From assembly GCA_963811105.1 (NCBI GenBank), contig CAWEPZ010000002.1:128001-192000 (forward strand): DNA of 64,000 nucleotides, written 5' to 3'. Origin of the DNA: Candidatus Bathyarchaeota archaeon (GTDB taxonomy: Archaea > Thermoproteota > Bathyarchaeia > Bathyarchaeales > Bathycorpusculaceae). Of the stretch, positions 9,111 through 19,085 are shown one piece after another (position 1 is the first letter of the stretch; the number at the start of each line of letters is the position of its first letter). The translations under genes were made by a program, and so were the position numbers. Below the pieces are notes generated by a model. The model was not told the origin of the DNA. It made no database searches and saw nothing but the letters and a program-made list of their open reading frames with translations.

Positions 9111-9286
9111 CCTCGTTTTTTAAAGGCGAAGTGTGTTTTAAGCGTTGCGTGTTCCTGAATAGTAGCATATTTATGTTGGCTGAAAGAGCACAACTTGCCC
9201 AATTGGTCAGTAATCGTTCGCAGAGAATAATCATTTTTTGTTTTTGCACCAAGCTCAACATGGATGACAACCACTTCTGAGGACAA
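9098..9286 (-). CDS. Small hypothetical protein upstream of cobZ
   Basis: 62-aa ORF overlapping the cobZ start; no recognised motif. Confidence 0.35.
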   Translation of the reverse strand: MSSEVVVIHVELGAKTKNDYSLRTITDQLGKLCSFSQHKYATIQEHATLKTHFAFKKRGWTT

Positions 9287-9374
9287 AAGTCACCTTCTTT
9301 GCGATCCGGAATTCTCGACACTCGAACTTCTTTCTATATCAATCAAATAACAAGCCACCATCAACAGGCTGTCT

Positions 9375-9740
9375 GTGCTATAGTCACTTAATCGGATGCT
9401 TTTAGCACTATATTAAATATTACTATACACGATACATTTAAATTTTAGAACTCGGTTCTAAATATATATAAAATCGTAATATTTAATAGAGGCGAAATGT
9501 TTCACGAAATTATTCAGGAAAATTGAGCGGGGTCTTGCTGATCTTGCGATGGCTCCATTGGTGGGGCTTGAGAAGAAAGAGCGCGATAGAAGGCTTGAAG
9601 AGAGATTGAAGCGTTTAGAACAAAAGCACGGATGCAACTGAACAGTGGATTCTCTTGTTTCTATAAGAGCGTCACATTTCTAAGTTCGATTCCCATCAGA
9701 CACGATCGTCCAGAAGAGAGTTTATACTGCAAAAGTCTCC
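9375..9740 (+). pseudogene. Decayed fragment of a PIN-domain-like gene (copy 1)
   Basis: Visible nucleotide similarity to the reverse complement of 43717-44080; reads FRKIERGLADLAMAPLVGLEKKERDRRLEERLKRLEQKHGCN*TVDSLV...SDTIVQKRVY with stops and frameshifts. Confidence 0.65.
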
Positions 9741-10092
9741 AACAGCGGTCTGGATGACTCGGGTATTCCGGGAAGTTATTGAGTTAGGAAAAAGCACTAA
9801 GCAGGAAAGGAATATCGCGTTCGATCTGTGGGTGGGTTTCTGTAAATGGAATATGTCAGGCAAGGGCGTACTTAGGAGTACTTAAGCTGGGAAAAACTAC
9901 AATGGCGCAGGTAGTGTGCCGTTTAGTTAAAAAAGAAATTATGATAAATCCAGAAAATTCGATGCCTTTACGATCGCAAATTTCGTTTATTATTTACATT
10001 TTATTGTAGAATCGCGGCTTTGGGGCATTTGTTGGTTGACATATTTTGCGTCGATAGGCAAATAAGTTAAAAGTAGAGTGGAGGTTTAGTGT

Positions 10093-10461
10093 TTGTTCTT
10101 CTTTAAGGGATCTGGTTGTATGAAGCCGCGTCTGTATTTTCTTAAGAGAGAAGTTGGAAGAAGTGTTGAAAACCCGAAAACAGAGGTCCTTTTTGTAGTT
10201 GTTGATTCGGATATATCAAAGACATATCCGTTGAATTTCGTTTGCGTGTTTCCATTGTCTCAAGGATTATGTAGTGGCCATTCTGCATTTAGGAAATTAT
10301 TCGGTGAAGATACCATTCCTTTAGCTAAGAAACTTCTGAACAAAGCCTTGGCTAGAGAACATGATTCAGAAATTAAAACAGAAATTAGAAAGCGCTTGAA
10401 ACAGCTTAACCTCAAGGCAGTTGTTCAGTCTAAGCTGCCGATTTTGCTAAAATCTTTTTGA
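10093..10461 (+). CDS. Hypothetical protein
   Basis: 122-aa ORF (likely start ATG 10120); no family recognised. Confidence 0.6.
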   Translation: MFFFKGSGCMKPRLYFLKREVGRSVENPKTEVLFVVVDSDISKTYPLNFVCVFPLSQGLCSGHSAFRKLFGEDTIPLAKKLLNKALAREHDSEIKTEIRKRLKQLNLKAVVQSKLPILLKSF

Positions 10462-10533
10462 ACCGAATTATGGGAAGCTTAAGCCAACAGAGAACTTTTT
10501 TTGAACTTACTAACAGTTGATTGGAGGAATTAG

Positions 10534-10914
10534 ATGAACTGGAAAAAAAAGCGAATTCTTGTAGTAGATGATGATACCAATATCTTGAGAGTTTTTAAAA
10601 GTATTTTAGAAAAAGAAGGATATACAGTTGAGACTGCTGAGACAGGCAAAGATGCTCTCAAAAAAATAAAAAAAGTAAAGTTCAGCGTGTGCTTAGTTGA
10701 CGTCAAGCTCCCCGACATGGACGGAACAGAACTTCTCCTTAAGATACCAAATGACCCTAAAACGATCAAAATTATTGTCACAGGCTTCTCCACTGACGAG
10801 GTCGGAAAAAAAGCTGCCGATTATGGAGCAGACGATTTTCTAGTTAAACCAGTTAAAACTGAAGAACTCATCGTTGCAGTGCGACAAAGGTTAGATACAA
10901 TACAAGAACGCTAA
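10534..10914 (+). CDS. Stand-alone response regulator receiver (CheY-like)
   Basis: ILVVDDD, DVKLPDMDG, TG, KP motifs; GGAGG RBS upstream. Confidence 0.95.
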   Translation: MNWKKKRILVVDDDTNILRVFKSILEKEGYTVETAETGKDALKKIKKVKFSVCLVDVKLPDMDGTELLLKIPNDPKTIKIIVTGFSTDEVGKKAADYGADDFLVKPVKTEELIVAVRQRLDTIQER

Positions 10915-11204
10915 ATCTAAGTTCATTGTTGTAATCGTCAACTAGTAAAGCACATTTAGATTCAACAACTCTTCCCGGGAAACATGTTTTCAAAAGGTTA
11001 TGAATGCTCATAAGATGAGTGATTATGAAAATAGCGTTATTCATTAGGTTTGAGTATATTGACTCAGCCATAGTTCGGGGGTAAGCCCTGTCCGCCTCAC
11101 TTTGCCGAAGAGAGAAAATGATTCAAAGATGAAAACCTGAAAACGTGTATCAAACGTTGAAAACTAACCACTTATTTTGCAATACCCCTTTCTTACCATA
11201 CTAA

Positions 11205-11456
11205 CTAAGTTATTTGTTGAGCAATTCTTCGATTTTGTCTGAGGTGACCAAAATTATTTGAAGAAACTATTTTTTTTCCATACCCTATTCCTTTCTTTAA
11301 CAAAGCCAAAGCTTCGACGTCAGTAATTCCAAAAGGAAGAAAATCCTTATGGAAGAGTTCAAAATGTGATTTTACCTCCACTATGGCATCTTTTACGTCA
11401 TCTAAAGTGTCAAAAATATAACCGCAAGGGCATTGCCCACTTACTTTCTTTTTCAA
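11205..11456 (-). CDS. Small putative metal-binding protein (CPCG...HxxxxH)
   Basis: CPCGY...HFELFH pattern, DUF1059-like. Confidence 0.55.
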   Translation of the reverse strand: MKKKVSGQCPCGYIFDTLDDVKDAIVEVKSHFELFHKDFLPFGITDVEALALLKKGIGYGKKIVSSNNFGHLRQNRRIAQQIT

Positions 11457-11877
11457 ACAAGTTCACTTTACCAGGATTGTTAATTATATACACTTCACGT
11501 TAGAATATTAACTTTCAGTGACCGGAACACCACAGTCACAACTCGATTTCTTAATGAGGTAGTTAGAGCTTTCACATGTTTTGCAAATCTTCTCTCGGTT
11601 CTTATTCTCGAAATTACGATAGATGTAAAACCCTGATCGCTAAACTAAACGTGTATTTGACGTTCTTTCATCATAAAAATGTTCTGTGAGTAGACGCAAC
11701 AATCATTAAGGTCGGAAAGGTAAGTATTGACAGAGGCAAAGCAACAATTCAAAGCCTCAACTCGAAATGCCCTCAATTCATCTCGAACTGAAACTCAAAA
11801 TCGGTTGGTCTTTAGAGATCTTTAACTCTGCTGAATTGTAAAACAGGGAATTTTTGGGTGATTTAACATAAGAAAAA

Positions 11878-13068
11878 GTGAGCTTATTTAACATGGTTCA
11901 GAAACTCGTTTTGGATAGTAGCGCAAAGCGTGTAGGGTACTTTAGCACTTACCCCCCAAGAGAATGCGGAATTGCAAACTTCACAAAAGACTTAATCGAT
12001 GCTATAAGCGACTTAGGTGGACTTAAGCCTTCTATAATTGCCATAAACGAAAAAGGCGCACTTTATGATTACGACAGACGAGTCAAATGGAATATTGATC
12101 GAGACGATGCAGAAGACTACATTAAGGCAGCTGAATACGTAAACTCTTCAAATATCCAGCTATTAATTGTTCAACATGAGTTCGGTCTCTATGGAGGCGA
12201 CTATGGTGAACACATTAAACTCTTCCTAGATAATGTCAATAAACCAATTATCACGACCCTTCATACTGTGCAACCTAATTTTGACAAAAAAGCGATTGAA
12301 GTCCTAAAATACATAGTTGAAAGAAGCGAGTCAATTATAGTAATCGCACACCCCGCAATCGATATGCTAAAACGCCAAGGAATATTATATAAGAAATGCG
12401 TTGTCATTCCACATGGCTGCCCAAGCATAGACTGCACAGACAACAAATCAATCAAGGAATCACTTGGTCTAGAGGGTCGTTTGGTTGCTTCCACTTTCGG
12501 CCTAATAAGCAGCGGCAAAGGTATTGAATATGCTATTCAAGCTCTCCCTGAGGTTATTAAAAAAGAACCGCGAATAATTTATCTCATTATCGGAGAAACT
12601 CACCCTGAAGTGAGAAAACATGAAGGCGAAAAATACCGAAATGAACTAACGAGGCTTGTTAGTGAACTCGGATTGGAAGAACACGTCAGATTCACAAACA
12701 GATTCATTAGTAAACGTGAACTAATCAAGTTTCTTCAAGCAACTGACATTTACTTAACTCCTTATATTTCTCCCAACCAAATTAGTAGTGGCACCCTTGT
12801 CTATGCTCTGGGTGCTGGAAAAGCTGTAGTGTCTACTCCATATTACCACGCCCAAGAGGTCCTAGCCAACGATAGAGGGATATTGTGCAGATTTGAGGAT
12901 TCGGCCTCAATTGCTGAAGCCATAAACAGACTTTTAGACGAAAGATTCCGTACTGAGATTCAAAAAAGAGCTTACAAATATAGTCGACGCTTCCTCTGGA
13001 AAAACGTGGCGAGAAAATACCTAAACCTCATTAAAGCAGTAACTGAAAAACAAGTGAGCCCAAGTTGA
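11878..13068 (+). CDS. Glycosyltransferase family 4
   Basis: STYPPRECGIA, QHEFG, IPHG, FGLISSGKGIE, HP, SGTLVYALGAG. Confidence 0.92.
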   Translation: MSLFNMVQKLVLDSSAKRVGYFSTYPPRECGIANFTKDLIDAISDLGGLKPSIIAINEKGALYDYDRRVKWNIDRDDAEDYIKAAEYVNSSNIQLLIVQHEFGLYGGDYGEHIKLFLDNVNKPIITTLHTVQPNFDKKAIEVLKYIVERSESIIVIAHPAIDMLKRQGILYKKCVVIPHGCPSIDCTDNKSIKESLGLEGRLVASTFGLISSGKGIEYAIQALPEVIKKEPRIIYLIIGETHPEVRKHEGEKYRNELTRLVSELGLEEHVRFTNRFISKRELIKFLQATDIYLTPYISPNQISSGTLVYALGAGKAVVSTPYYHAQEVLANDRGILCRFEDSASIAEAINRLLDERFRTEIQKRAYKYSRRFLWKNVARKYLNLIKAVTEKQVSPS

Positions 13069-14120
13069 AAACTTTTCCTATAAACTTAGATTTTGTCAGA
13101 ACACTGACGGACGATGTAGGAATGCTTCAGCACTCGAAATATGCAACGCCAAATAGAAAAGAAGGATACACAACAGATGACAACGCAAGAGCTCTAATTG
13201 CCTGCATAAATTACTTCATGTTGTTTAATGATGTAAACGTTAAGAAACTGATTGACACTTACCTGAGCCTATTATTCTACATGCAGAGATCTGACGGCAA
13301 AATGCATAACTACCTCAGCTATGATCGCCAGCTTTTAGACGAAATAGGTTCTGAGGATTGTTTGGGCCGAACACTCTGGGCATGTGGATACTGCCTAGAC
13401 TCAAAATTGAGCGAAGAAACGAAACTTCTTTCCAAAGAAGTTTTTGACAGAGTCTTTAGATGGGTTTCAGGCTTTACTTCACCAAGAGCAAAAGCATACT
13501 CAATTATGGGGTTGTTTCATTACCAGAAAGCCCATCCGGAGGACCAAAATGTCAAACAAAATATCATATCAATCGCTGATCAATTGAATAATCAATTTGA
13601 ACTGGAATCATCTGTTGGGTGGGAGTGGTTTGAATCCTCTCTTACATACTCCAATGCCCGATTACCTCATTCGCTTTTTCTGGCTTACGAAGCCACTAGA
13701 GAAAAAAAGTACCTACAAGTAGCCTCAAAATCCATGAAATTTCTAATAAATATCCAAACTATAAACAAAGTATTCGTTCCAATAGGAAATCGTGGTTGGT
13801 ATAAGAAAGGATCTTACAGAGCAATCTACGACCAACAATCGGTTGAAGCATCGTGCACAACAGAAGCAGCAATTGCCGCTTTTAGAAACACTGGTGAAGA
13901 AGGTTACTTCCAAGCTGCGAACGAAGCCTTTGCATGGTTTTTGGGTGGGAATTTGAAAGGTCTAACGTTGTATAATCCAGAAAACGGGAGCTGCTGCGAT
14001 GGTATAACACCTCAAGGATTAAATCTAAACAAAGGCGCCGAGTCAACCCTAGCTTATCTCCAAGCTCGCTTAAACTTCGAAGAGTTAAAACAACAGGATA
14101 ATCTATTAAGGGCACCATAA
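13065..14120 (+). CDS. Six-hairpin glycosidase-like protein (C-terminal partner domain of fused GT4 proteins)
   Basis: LTDDVGMLQH, GYTTDDNARAL, WEWFE..LTYSNARLP, DQQ, WFLG.N, DG...NLNKGAES. Confidence 0.75.
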   Translation: MKTFPINLDFVRTLTDDVGMLQHSKYATPNRKEGYTTDDNARALIACINYFMLFNDVNVKKLIDTYLSLLFYMQRSDGKMHNYLSYDRQLLDEIGSEDCLGRTLWACGYCLDSKLSEETKLLSKEVFDRVFRWVSGFTSPRAKAYSIMGLFHYQKAHPEDQNVKQNIISIADQLNNQFELESSVGWEWFESSLTYSNARLPHSLFLAYEATREKKYLQVASKSMKFLINIQTINKVFVPIGNRGWYKKGSYRAIYDQQSVEASCTTEAAIAAFRNTGEEGYFQAANEAFAWFLGGNLKGLTLYNPENGSCCDGITPQGLNLNKGAESTLAYLQARLNFEELKQQDNLLRAP

Positions 14121-14225
14121 AACCCCTATTCCAAAAGTTTTGGTCGACAATTCTTCGAGTCAACACACAATTCTCATTTCATTTATTAATTCGGAAACCC
14201 AGATTAGAGCAGGAGAATAGCTGAC

Positions 14226-14600
14226 ATGATGACCCGAGACTTAATGCTAAAAGATGTAGTTACTACCTACGGAAACGTTCCCGCTAAGGAGGCAATTGAG
14301 CTCCTTTACAAAAGACATGTGGGGTGCATAGTTGTTATCGACGAAGCGGGGCATTGCATTGGTATTTTCACGGAACGGGACGCTATAAGGGTCGTGGCAC
14401 AAAATGTGCCCTTGGATGCACCAGTAGAAAAAATCATGACTAAAAACCCTTTTACTATTAACGAAGATTCCATTTTTGAAGAAGCAAAGAGTATCATCAA
14501 ATCCGCTAAGGTTCGGCATCTTCCCGTGATAGACACAAATGGAAAACTTGTTGGGTTGATATCCGTTAGACACATATTAGATGAGCTAAGTGGGCTATAA
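14226..14600 (+). CDS. CBS-domain pair protein
   Basis: GIFTERD, IMTKNP, RHLPVID...LVGLIS. Confidence 0.92.
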   Translation: MMTRDLMLKDVVTTYGNVPAKEAIELLYKRHVGCIVVIDEAGHCIGIFTERDAIRVVAQNVPLDAPVEKIMTKNPFTINEDSIFEEAKSIIKSAKVRHLPVIDTNGKLVGLISVRHILDELSGL

Positions 14601-14633
14601 CTTCAAACCAGGGGCAGAGGGGAGAGAAAACAA

Positions 14634-15527
14634 ATGAAGAGGTACCTGCATAATCCTATACTTGAGCCTGTAGGTGCACATGCTTGGGAATCGAGTTTGG
14701 TCTTCAATGCCGCAGTTTTTGCCGCTAACAATCGTGTCCACCTTCTTTATAGAGCAATGGGCACCGATAATGTTTCACGCATTGGATTAGCATCCTCTTC
14801 GGATGGCTACACTATAGATGAACGTTTACCCCTGCCAGTTTTCAGTCCGTCGAATGACACAGAAAGTCAAGGTTGCGAGGATCCAAGGCTAAGTCTATTT
14901 GGTAATTCACTAGTTTTGGCGTACACCGCATTTGGTAACCATTTTCAACATCAAGTCTACCAAATTGCCTTGACATCTATAAACTCGGAAGATTTTCTGG
15001 CAAGGAGGTGGCAATGGGGCGAAAGGATTTTGGCTTTCCCGGGAATCCACAATAAAGATGCAGTTCTATTTCCACAGAAGTTTGACGGCGACTATGTGAT
15101 GTTTCATAGATTAGAACCTGATCTTTGCATTGCGCGCTCTAACGACCTTCGCCGCTGGTACGGTTTGAAATATGTCTTAGGTCCTCGAGAGAAAGGTTGG
15201 GATTCCTGGAAAGTGGGCGCTGCTGGACCGCCTATTTTAACAAATGAAGGCTGGCTTCTTATTTATCATGGAGTGAGTGTGGACAGAGTTTACTCTTTAG
15301 GCGTTGCACTATTGGATAAGAATAATCCTGAGCAGGTTCTTTATCGATCTGAAGAAGCAATCTTGACACCGACAGAAGACTATGAACGCTATGGGAAAGT
15401 TCCCAACGTAGTTTTCAGTTGCGGGCAAGTTATGATGGACGACCAACTTCTAATCTACTATGGGGGTGCGGACAGTGTATTATGCGTAGCAACCGTTGAA
15501 CTTGCTGAACTCTTGCCAAAAAAATAG
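14634..15527 (+). CDS. Glycoside hydrolase/phosphorylase family 130
   Basis: VFNAA, LLYRA, GCEDPR, NKDAVLFP, GWLLIYHGV, PNVVF, YYGGAD. Confidence 0.9.
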   Translation: MKRYLHNPILEPVGAHAWESSLVFNAAVFAANNRVHLLYRAMGTDNVSRIGLASSSDGYTIDERLPLPVFSPSNDTESQGCEDPRLSLFGNSLVLAYTAFGNHFQHQVYQIALTSINSEDFLARRWQWGERILAFPGIHNKDAVLFPQKFDGDYVMFHRLEPDLCIARSNDLRRWYGLKYVLGPREKGWDSWKVGAAGPPILTNEGWLLIYHGVSVDRVYSLGVALLDKNNPEQVLYRSEEAILTPTEDYERYGKVPNVVFSCGQVMMDDQLLIYYGGADSVLCVATVELAELLPKK

Positions 15528-15561
15528 TAGATAGCCAACAGTAACAAAACAACTAAAGAGT

Positions 15562-15584
15562 GTTCAAATCCATTGGGCCCGTCA
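15562..15584 (+). other. Degenerate tRNA 3'-end-like fragment (possible att remnant)
   Basis: GTTCAAATCCATTGGGCCCGTCA resembles a T-loop plus acceptor 3' strand; no 5' half found. Confidence 0.3.
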
Positions 15585-15944
15585 TAACTGAAAAAATAAT
15601 CTTTTTTGAAATATCGCTGTGCTCCGGTCAATAGCACACTCTACAATATTGTATCTTATGTTACGCTATAACAACACATTAATATGAAAAGGTTGGATAA
15701 ACCAACCAAACACGGGCGTAATAATTTGCTGAACTTCCAGAAAACAAGTAATATTCCGCTCAAAAATGTATGTGCAAGCACATTAGCTGAATATTTGAAG
15801 AGTAAAACGATGTTTTCTTGGTTACATGTTTTCGGAGCCAAACAGCAAACCTTTTTTAGTAATCAAAAATTTTACATTCACCTAAAAACCAACAAAAACG
15901 AAAAAAGGTTGAGGGTGAAGTAACTTAGGGAGGATGAAACCGAT

Positions 15945-16622
15945 ATGAGAGTTATTACTTCATGGAGTGGCGGCAAAGACAGCTGCTACGCATACTATTT
16001 AGCGAGCCAGCAAGGCCATCAGGTAATGAACCTTTTAACCATGATGATGAATAAAACCAAATCAAACTTCCATATGATACCTTCCGGTATACTTGATGCA
16101 CAAGCAGACGCTATAGGAATCCCCCTGATTAGACAGCAGGCTACACCCCAAACCTACGAGAGCGACTTCAAAGAGGCATTGTTAAAGCTGAAAGCTAGAG
16201 GAGCCGAAGGATTAGTCACTGGAGACATCTACGAAGTGGCAGGACACGAGGAAGGTTGGCTAGCTCGAGTCTGCAAAGAAGTCGGTTTAATACCAGTAAA
16301 ACCTCTATGGATGGGTGACACAAAACAAATTTACCTTGACTACCTAAAAACTGGTTTCAAAGCAACGGTAGTGCGAACTAACTTGGAAAAGTTGGGCATG
16401 GAGTGGCTTGGAAGAGTGCTGGACAGGAAATTCTATGATGATATCATTAAGCTGGGCAATGTCGATGCTTGTGGGGAAGGTGGCGAATACCACACGGTAA
16501 TAACGGATGGGCCGACAATGAAGAAAAAGATTGAAATTCTAGAAACGCAAAAGCACAAGCTAGAAGGTGGCTTCGGATATTTAGAAATCGAAAAATTCGA
16601 AGTGACGCCTAAGGCAAGGTAA
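15945..16622 (+). CDS. Dph6-like PP-loop ATP pyrophosphatase (diphthine-ammonia ligase family)
   Basis: SWSGGKDS, GDI, PLW, DACGEGGEYHT. Confidence 0.88.
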   Translation: MRVITSWSGGKDSCYAYYLASQQGHQVMNLLTMMMNKTKSNFHMIPSGILDAQADAIGIPLIRQQATPQTYESDFKEALLKLKARGAEGLVTGDIYEVAGHEEGWLARVCKEVGLIPVKPLWMGDTKQIYLDYLKTGFKATVVRTNLEKLGMEWLGRVLDRKFYDDIIKLGNVDACGEGGEYHTVITDGPTMKKKIEILETQKHKLEGGFGYLEIEKFEVTPKAR

Positions 16623-16631
16623 AACAAAGTA

Positions 16632-17720
16632 ATGGATGTAATAATTGCACATAACGAGTTAAAAGCCAAAGATTTCTTGAAAGAAATTGAGGGCAAGAAA
16701 CCCCTTTTCATCTGCACTATAGCCACTACGGAAACCGGCAAAATTCCAGGATTATCCGCGGCTGGCGCAAACCCAGACTTCACAGATTTCACTCCTCCGG
16801 CAGATGCAGAACTCTTGCTATTGGGTAAATGCAAATCTATTCAAGGAGTTCCTATTACTCCAGACGGCATTCCGACACCTGGCTTGATTACGATGTCCGC
16901 TCTGCATCTTGCTGATATTCCATTGCTGGTTGTGAACGGCGGCGTGAAGGTTAAACCCCAGATTCCCTATGTTGATGTAGGTGGTAATTCAGGACGCGAT
17001 ATTCGCACAGGTAATTCTGTTGATAACGTGGAAGAAGTAATTGAACGCGCAAAAGTTTTAGGTGAACAACTGGCGAAAGCGTCGGATTATCTTGTTATAG
17101 GCGAGAGTATTCCAGGAGGCACCACAACAGCGCTTGGCGTTTTGTCGGCGTTAGGCGTTAATGCGGAAGGTAAAGTCAGTAGTACTCTACCAGAAAATCC
17201 TCACAGCCTGAAGAGTGCGGTTGTTCGAGCTGGCCTGAGGGCGGCCGGCGAAAAATTTGGAAGTCTTTCGAATAACCCAATTAAAGCTGTCTCCTGTGTA
17301 GGTGATCCAATGATGCCAGCGTTGGCTGGATTAGTTATTGGAGGAGCTAGGCAGGCGCCTGTTTTGATGGCTGGCGGAACCCAAATGACCGCGGTTTTAG
17401 CATTGATTAACACTTTGGAACGCAAGGCTCTATGCAATGTGGCTTTAGGCACGACACGGTGGGTGGTCAAAGACAAGTCATCAGATATTTGTGGGATAGT
17501 CAAGCAGTTCTGCGAAGTACCCGTTTTAGCGGCTGACTTAGATTTTGGTCCTTCCAGATATCCAGGTTTACGTATTTATGAGACTGGTCTTGTGAAGGAG
17601 GGCGTCGGTGCAGGTGGCGCTTCTATTGCAGCGATGGCTAAGCTGGGCGGTGCAGTAACAAAAGACTTATTGCTCAAGGAGATAGAGCGTAATTATGCTC
17701 TATTGATGGGTTTGAAGTAA
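16632..17720 (+). CDS. cobT: Archaeal CobT, NaMN-dependent phosphoribosyltransferase
   Basis: IPGLSAAG, TPPADAE, GESIPGGTTTA, AGGTQM, VKEGVGAGG. Confidence 0.9.
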   Translation: MDVIIAHNELKAKDFLKEIEGKKPLFICTIATTETGKIPGLSAAGANPDFTDFTPPADAELLLLGKCKSIQGVPITPDGIPTPGLITMSALHLADIPLLVVNGGVKVKPQIPYVDVGGNSGRDIRTGNSVDNVEEVIERAKVLGEQLAKASDYLVIGESIPGGTTTALGVLSALGVNAEGKVSSTLPENPHSLKSAVVRAGLRAAGEKFGSLSNNPIKAVSCVGDPMMPALAGLVIGGARQAPVLMAGGTQMTAVLALINTLERKALCNVALGTTRWVVKDKSSDICGIVKQFCEVPVLAADLDFGPSRYPGLRIYETGLVKEGVGAGGASIAAMAKLGGAVTKDLLLKEIERNYALLMGLK

Positions 17721-17722
17721 GC

Positions 17723-18477
17723 ATGGTTATTAAGCAGCTAAAAAACCTCTTGTCTTTCCTAACAATCTTTCCCATTGCTATGGACAAAGACCTGCTCACT
17801 GACTGTGCCAACAACATGTGGATTTTTCCCTTAATTGGCGCATTTATCGGTTTATTGGCTGGCGTGTTCGGTTGGTGGCTTTCCAGTTTTTGCCCGGCAT
17901 AGTTGTAGGCGCCATTGTGTTGGCTTTGCTGTTGTTGATTACTGGGCTTCACCACACCGACGGATTACTGGATTTTGGTGACGGCATCATGGCACACGGT
18001 ACACCTGAACACAAAATTGAAGTCATGCACGATCAATTAACAGGCGCAGGCGGCTTAGTCTTAGGCATGATGACCCTGTTCATTTCAGCTTTAGCTATTG
18101 GCCAACTTCATAGCAGCATAATAATTCAAAGCATAATTGTTGTTGAAGCTTCAGCTAAACTCTCGATGGTGGTGGCCGCTCGGGCTGGCAAATCAGTTCA
18201 TGAAGGCATGAACTCCCCGTTCCTCGAAGCTATGCGCAGTGGCAAAGGAGATTTTCGGTTAATCGTTTCAGTTCTGATTTCTTTTGCTTTAGCTTTGCCT
18301 CTGCTGCATTTGGCAGGTGCCTTCGTAGTTCTAGCCAGTATAGTTATGGGTTTAGTCATGGTTGCAATTGCGCACAGACACTTCAACGGAGTGACAGGTG
18401 ACGTTTTTGGCGCGACTAACGAGTTAACACGGATGATTTGCGTTATTGTGTTGTTGGCGGTGGTTGCATGGGTATAA
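17723..18477 (+). CDS. cobS: Cobamide synthase CobS (canonical paralog 2), with a 1-nt frameshift near 17872-17876
   Basis: ATG 17723 gives MVIKQLKNLLSFLTIFP...FPLIGAFIGLLAGVFGW; continues in another frame as VAFQFLPG...HHTDGLLDFGDG...MHDQLTG...FNGVTGDVFGATNE. Confidence 0.85.
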
Positions 18478-19085
18478 CAGCGCTTGTGATGGCTGGAGGA
18501 AAAGGAACCCGTATGCAATTAGCAGAAGAGAAGCCGTTGATTAATGTATGCGGCAAACCAGCAATCGAATACGTTATCGCCGCCCTAAAAAGAGCTAAAA
18601 AAATTGACTCAATCTTTGTCGCCACAACCAGCTGCACGCCTAAAACTGCTAAGCTTATGACACAATTCCCAGTCAAATTAATTCAAACGCCTGGAAATAA
18701 TTACGTTTCTGACATGGGATACGCCGCACAAAACCTCAGACTGGGGGTTTTTCTAGCCATAGCCGCTGATTTGCCGCTGGTCACGTCCAAAGCTTTGGAC
18801 ACAATCGTTGAACGCTACGAGCACTGCGGCAAACCTGCTCTAACTGTAGCCGTTCCGTTGGTAACCAAAACTAAGCTTGGTATGAGCGTTGAGTACAAGT
18901 TCAAAATGGATGACCGTGATGTGGTTCCAACAGGCATCAATGTAATTGACGGGCACAAACGCTACGGTGACGAATGGCTCGACCAAGATATTTTCCTGTT
19001 TGATTTGGAAGAGTTAGCTGTAAACGTTAACACAATAGAAGAATTGCAGCTAGCAGAACGTTTACTAGTTAAGAAACAAAATTAA
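18468..19085 (+). CDS. cobY: CobY adenosylcobinamide-phosphate guanylyltransferase (paralog 2)
   Basis: MAGGKGTRM...EKPL, ADLP, GINVI, NVNT; lies in the cobT-cobS operon. Confidence 0.85.
   Translation: MGITALVMAGGKGTRMQLAEEKPLINVCGKPAIEYVIAALKRAKKIDSIFVATTSCTPKTAKLMTQFPVKLIQTPGNNYVSDMGYAAQNLRLGVFLAIAADLPLVTSKALDTIVERYEHCGKPALTVAVPLVTKTKLGMSVEYKFKMDDRDVVPTGINVIDGHKRYGDEWLDQDIFLFDLEELAVNVNTIEELQLAERLLVKKQN

Noticed and set aside
9682-9700. GTTCGATTCCC tRNA-like motif
   Set aside because: No stem pairing; lies inside the PIN-like remnant
11838-11865. AACAGGGAA...GGTG resembling a cobalamin riboswitch core
   Set aside because: Remaining conserved elements are absent and the downstream gene is a glycosyltransferase
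15656-15923. Short ORFs upstream of the cob operon
   Set aside because: AT-rich intergenic sequence with no motifs or RBS
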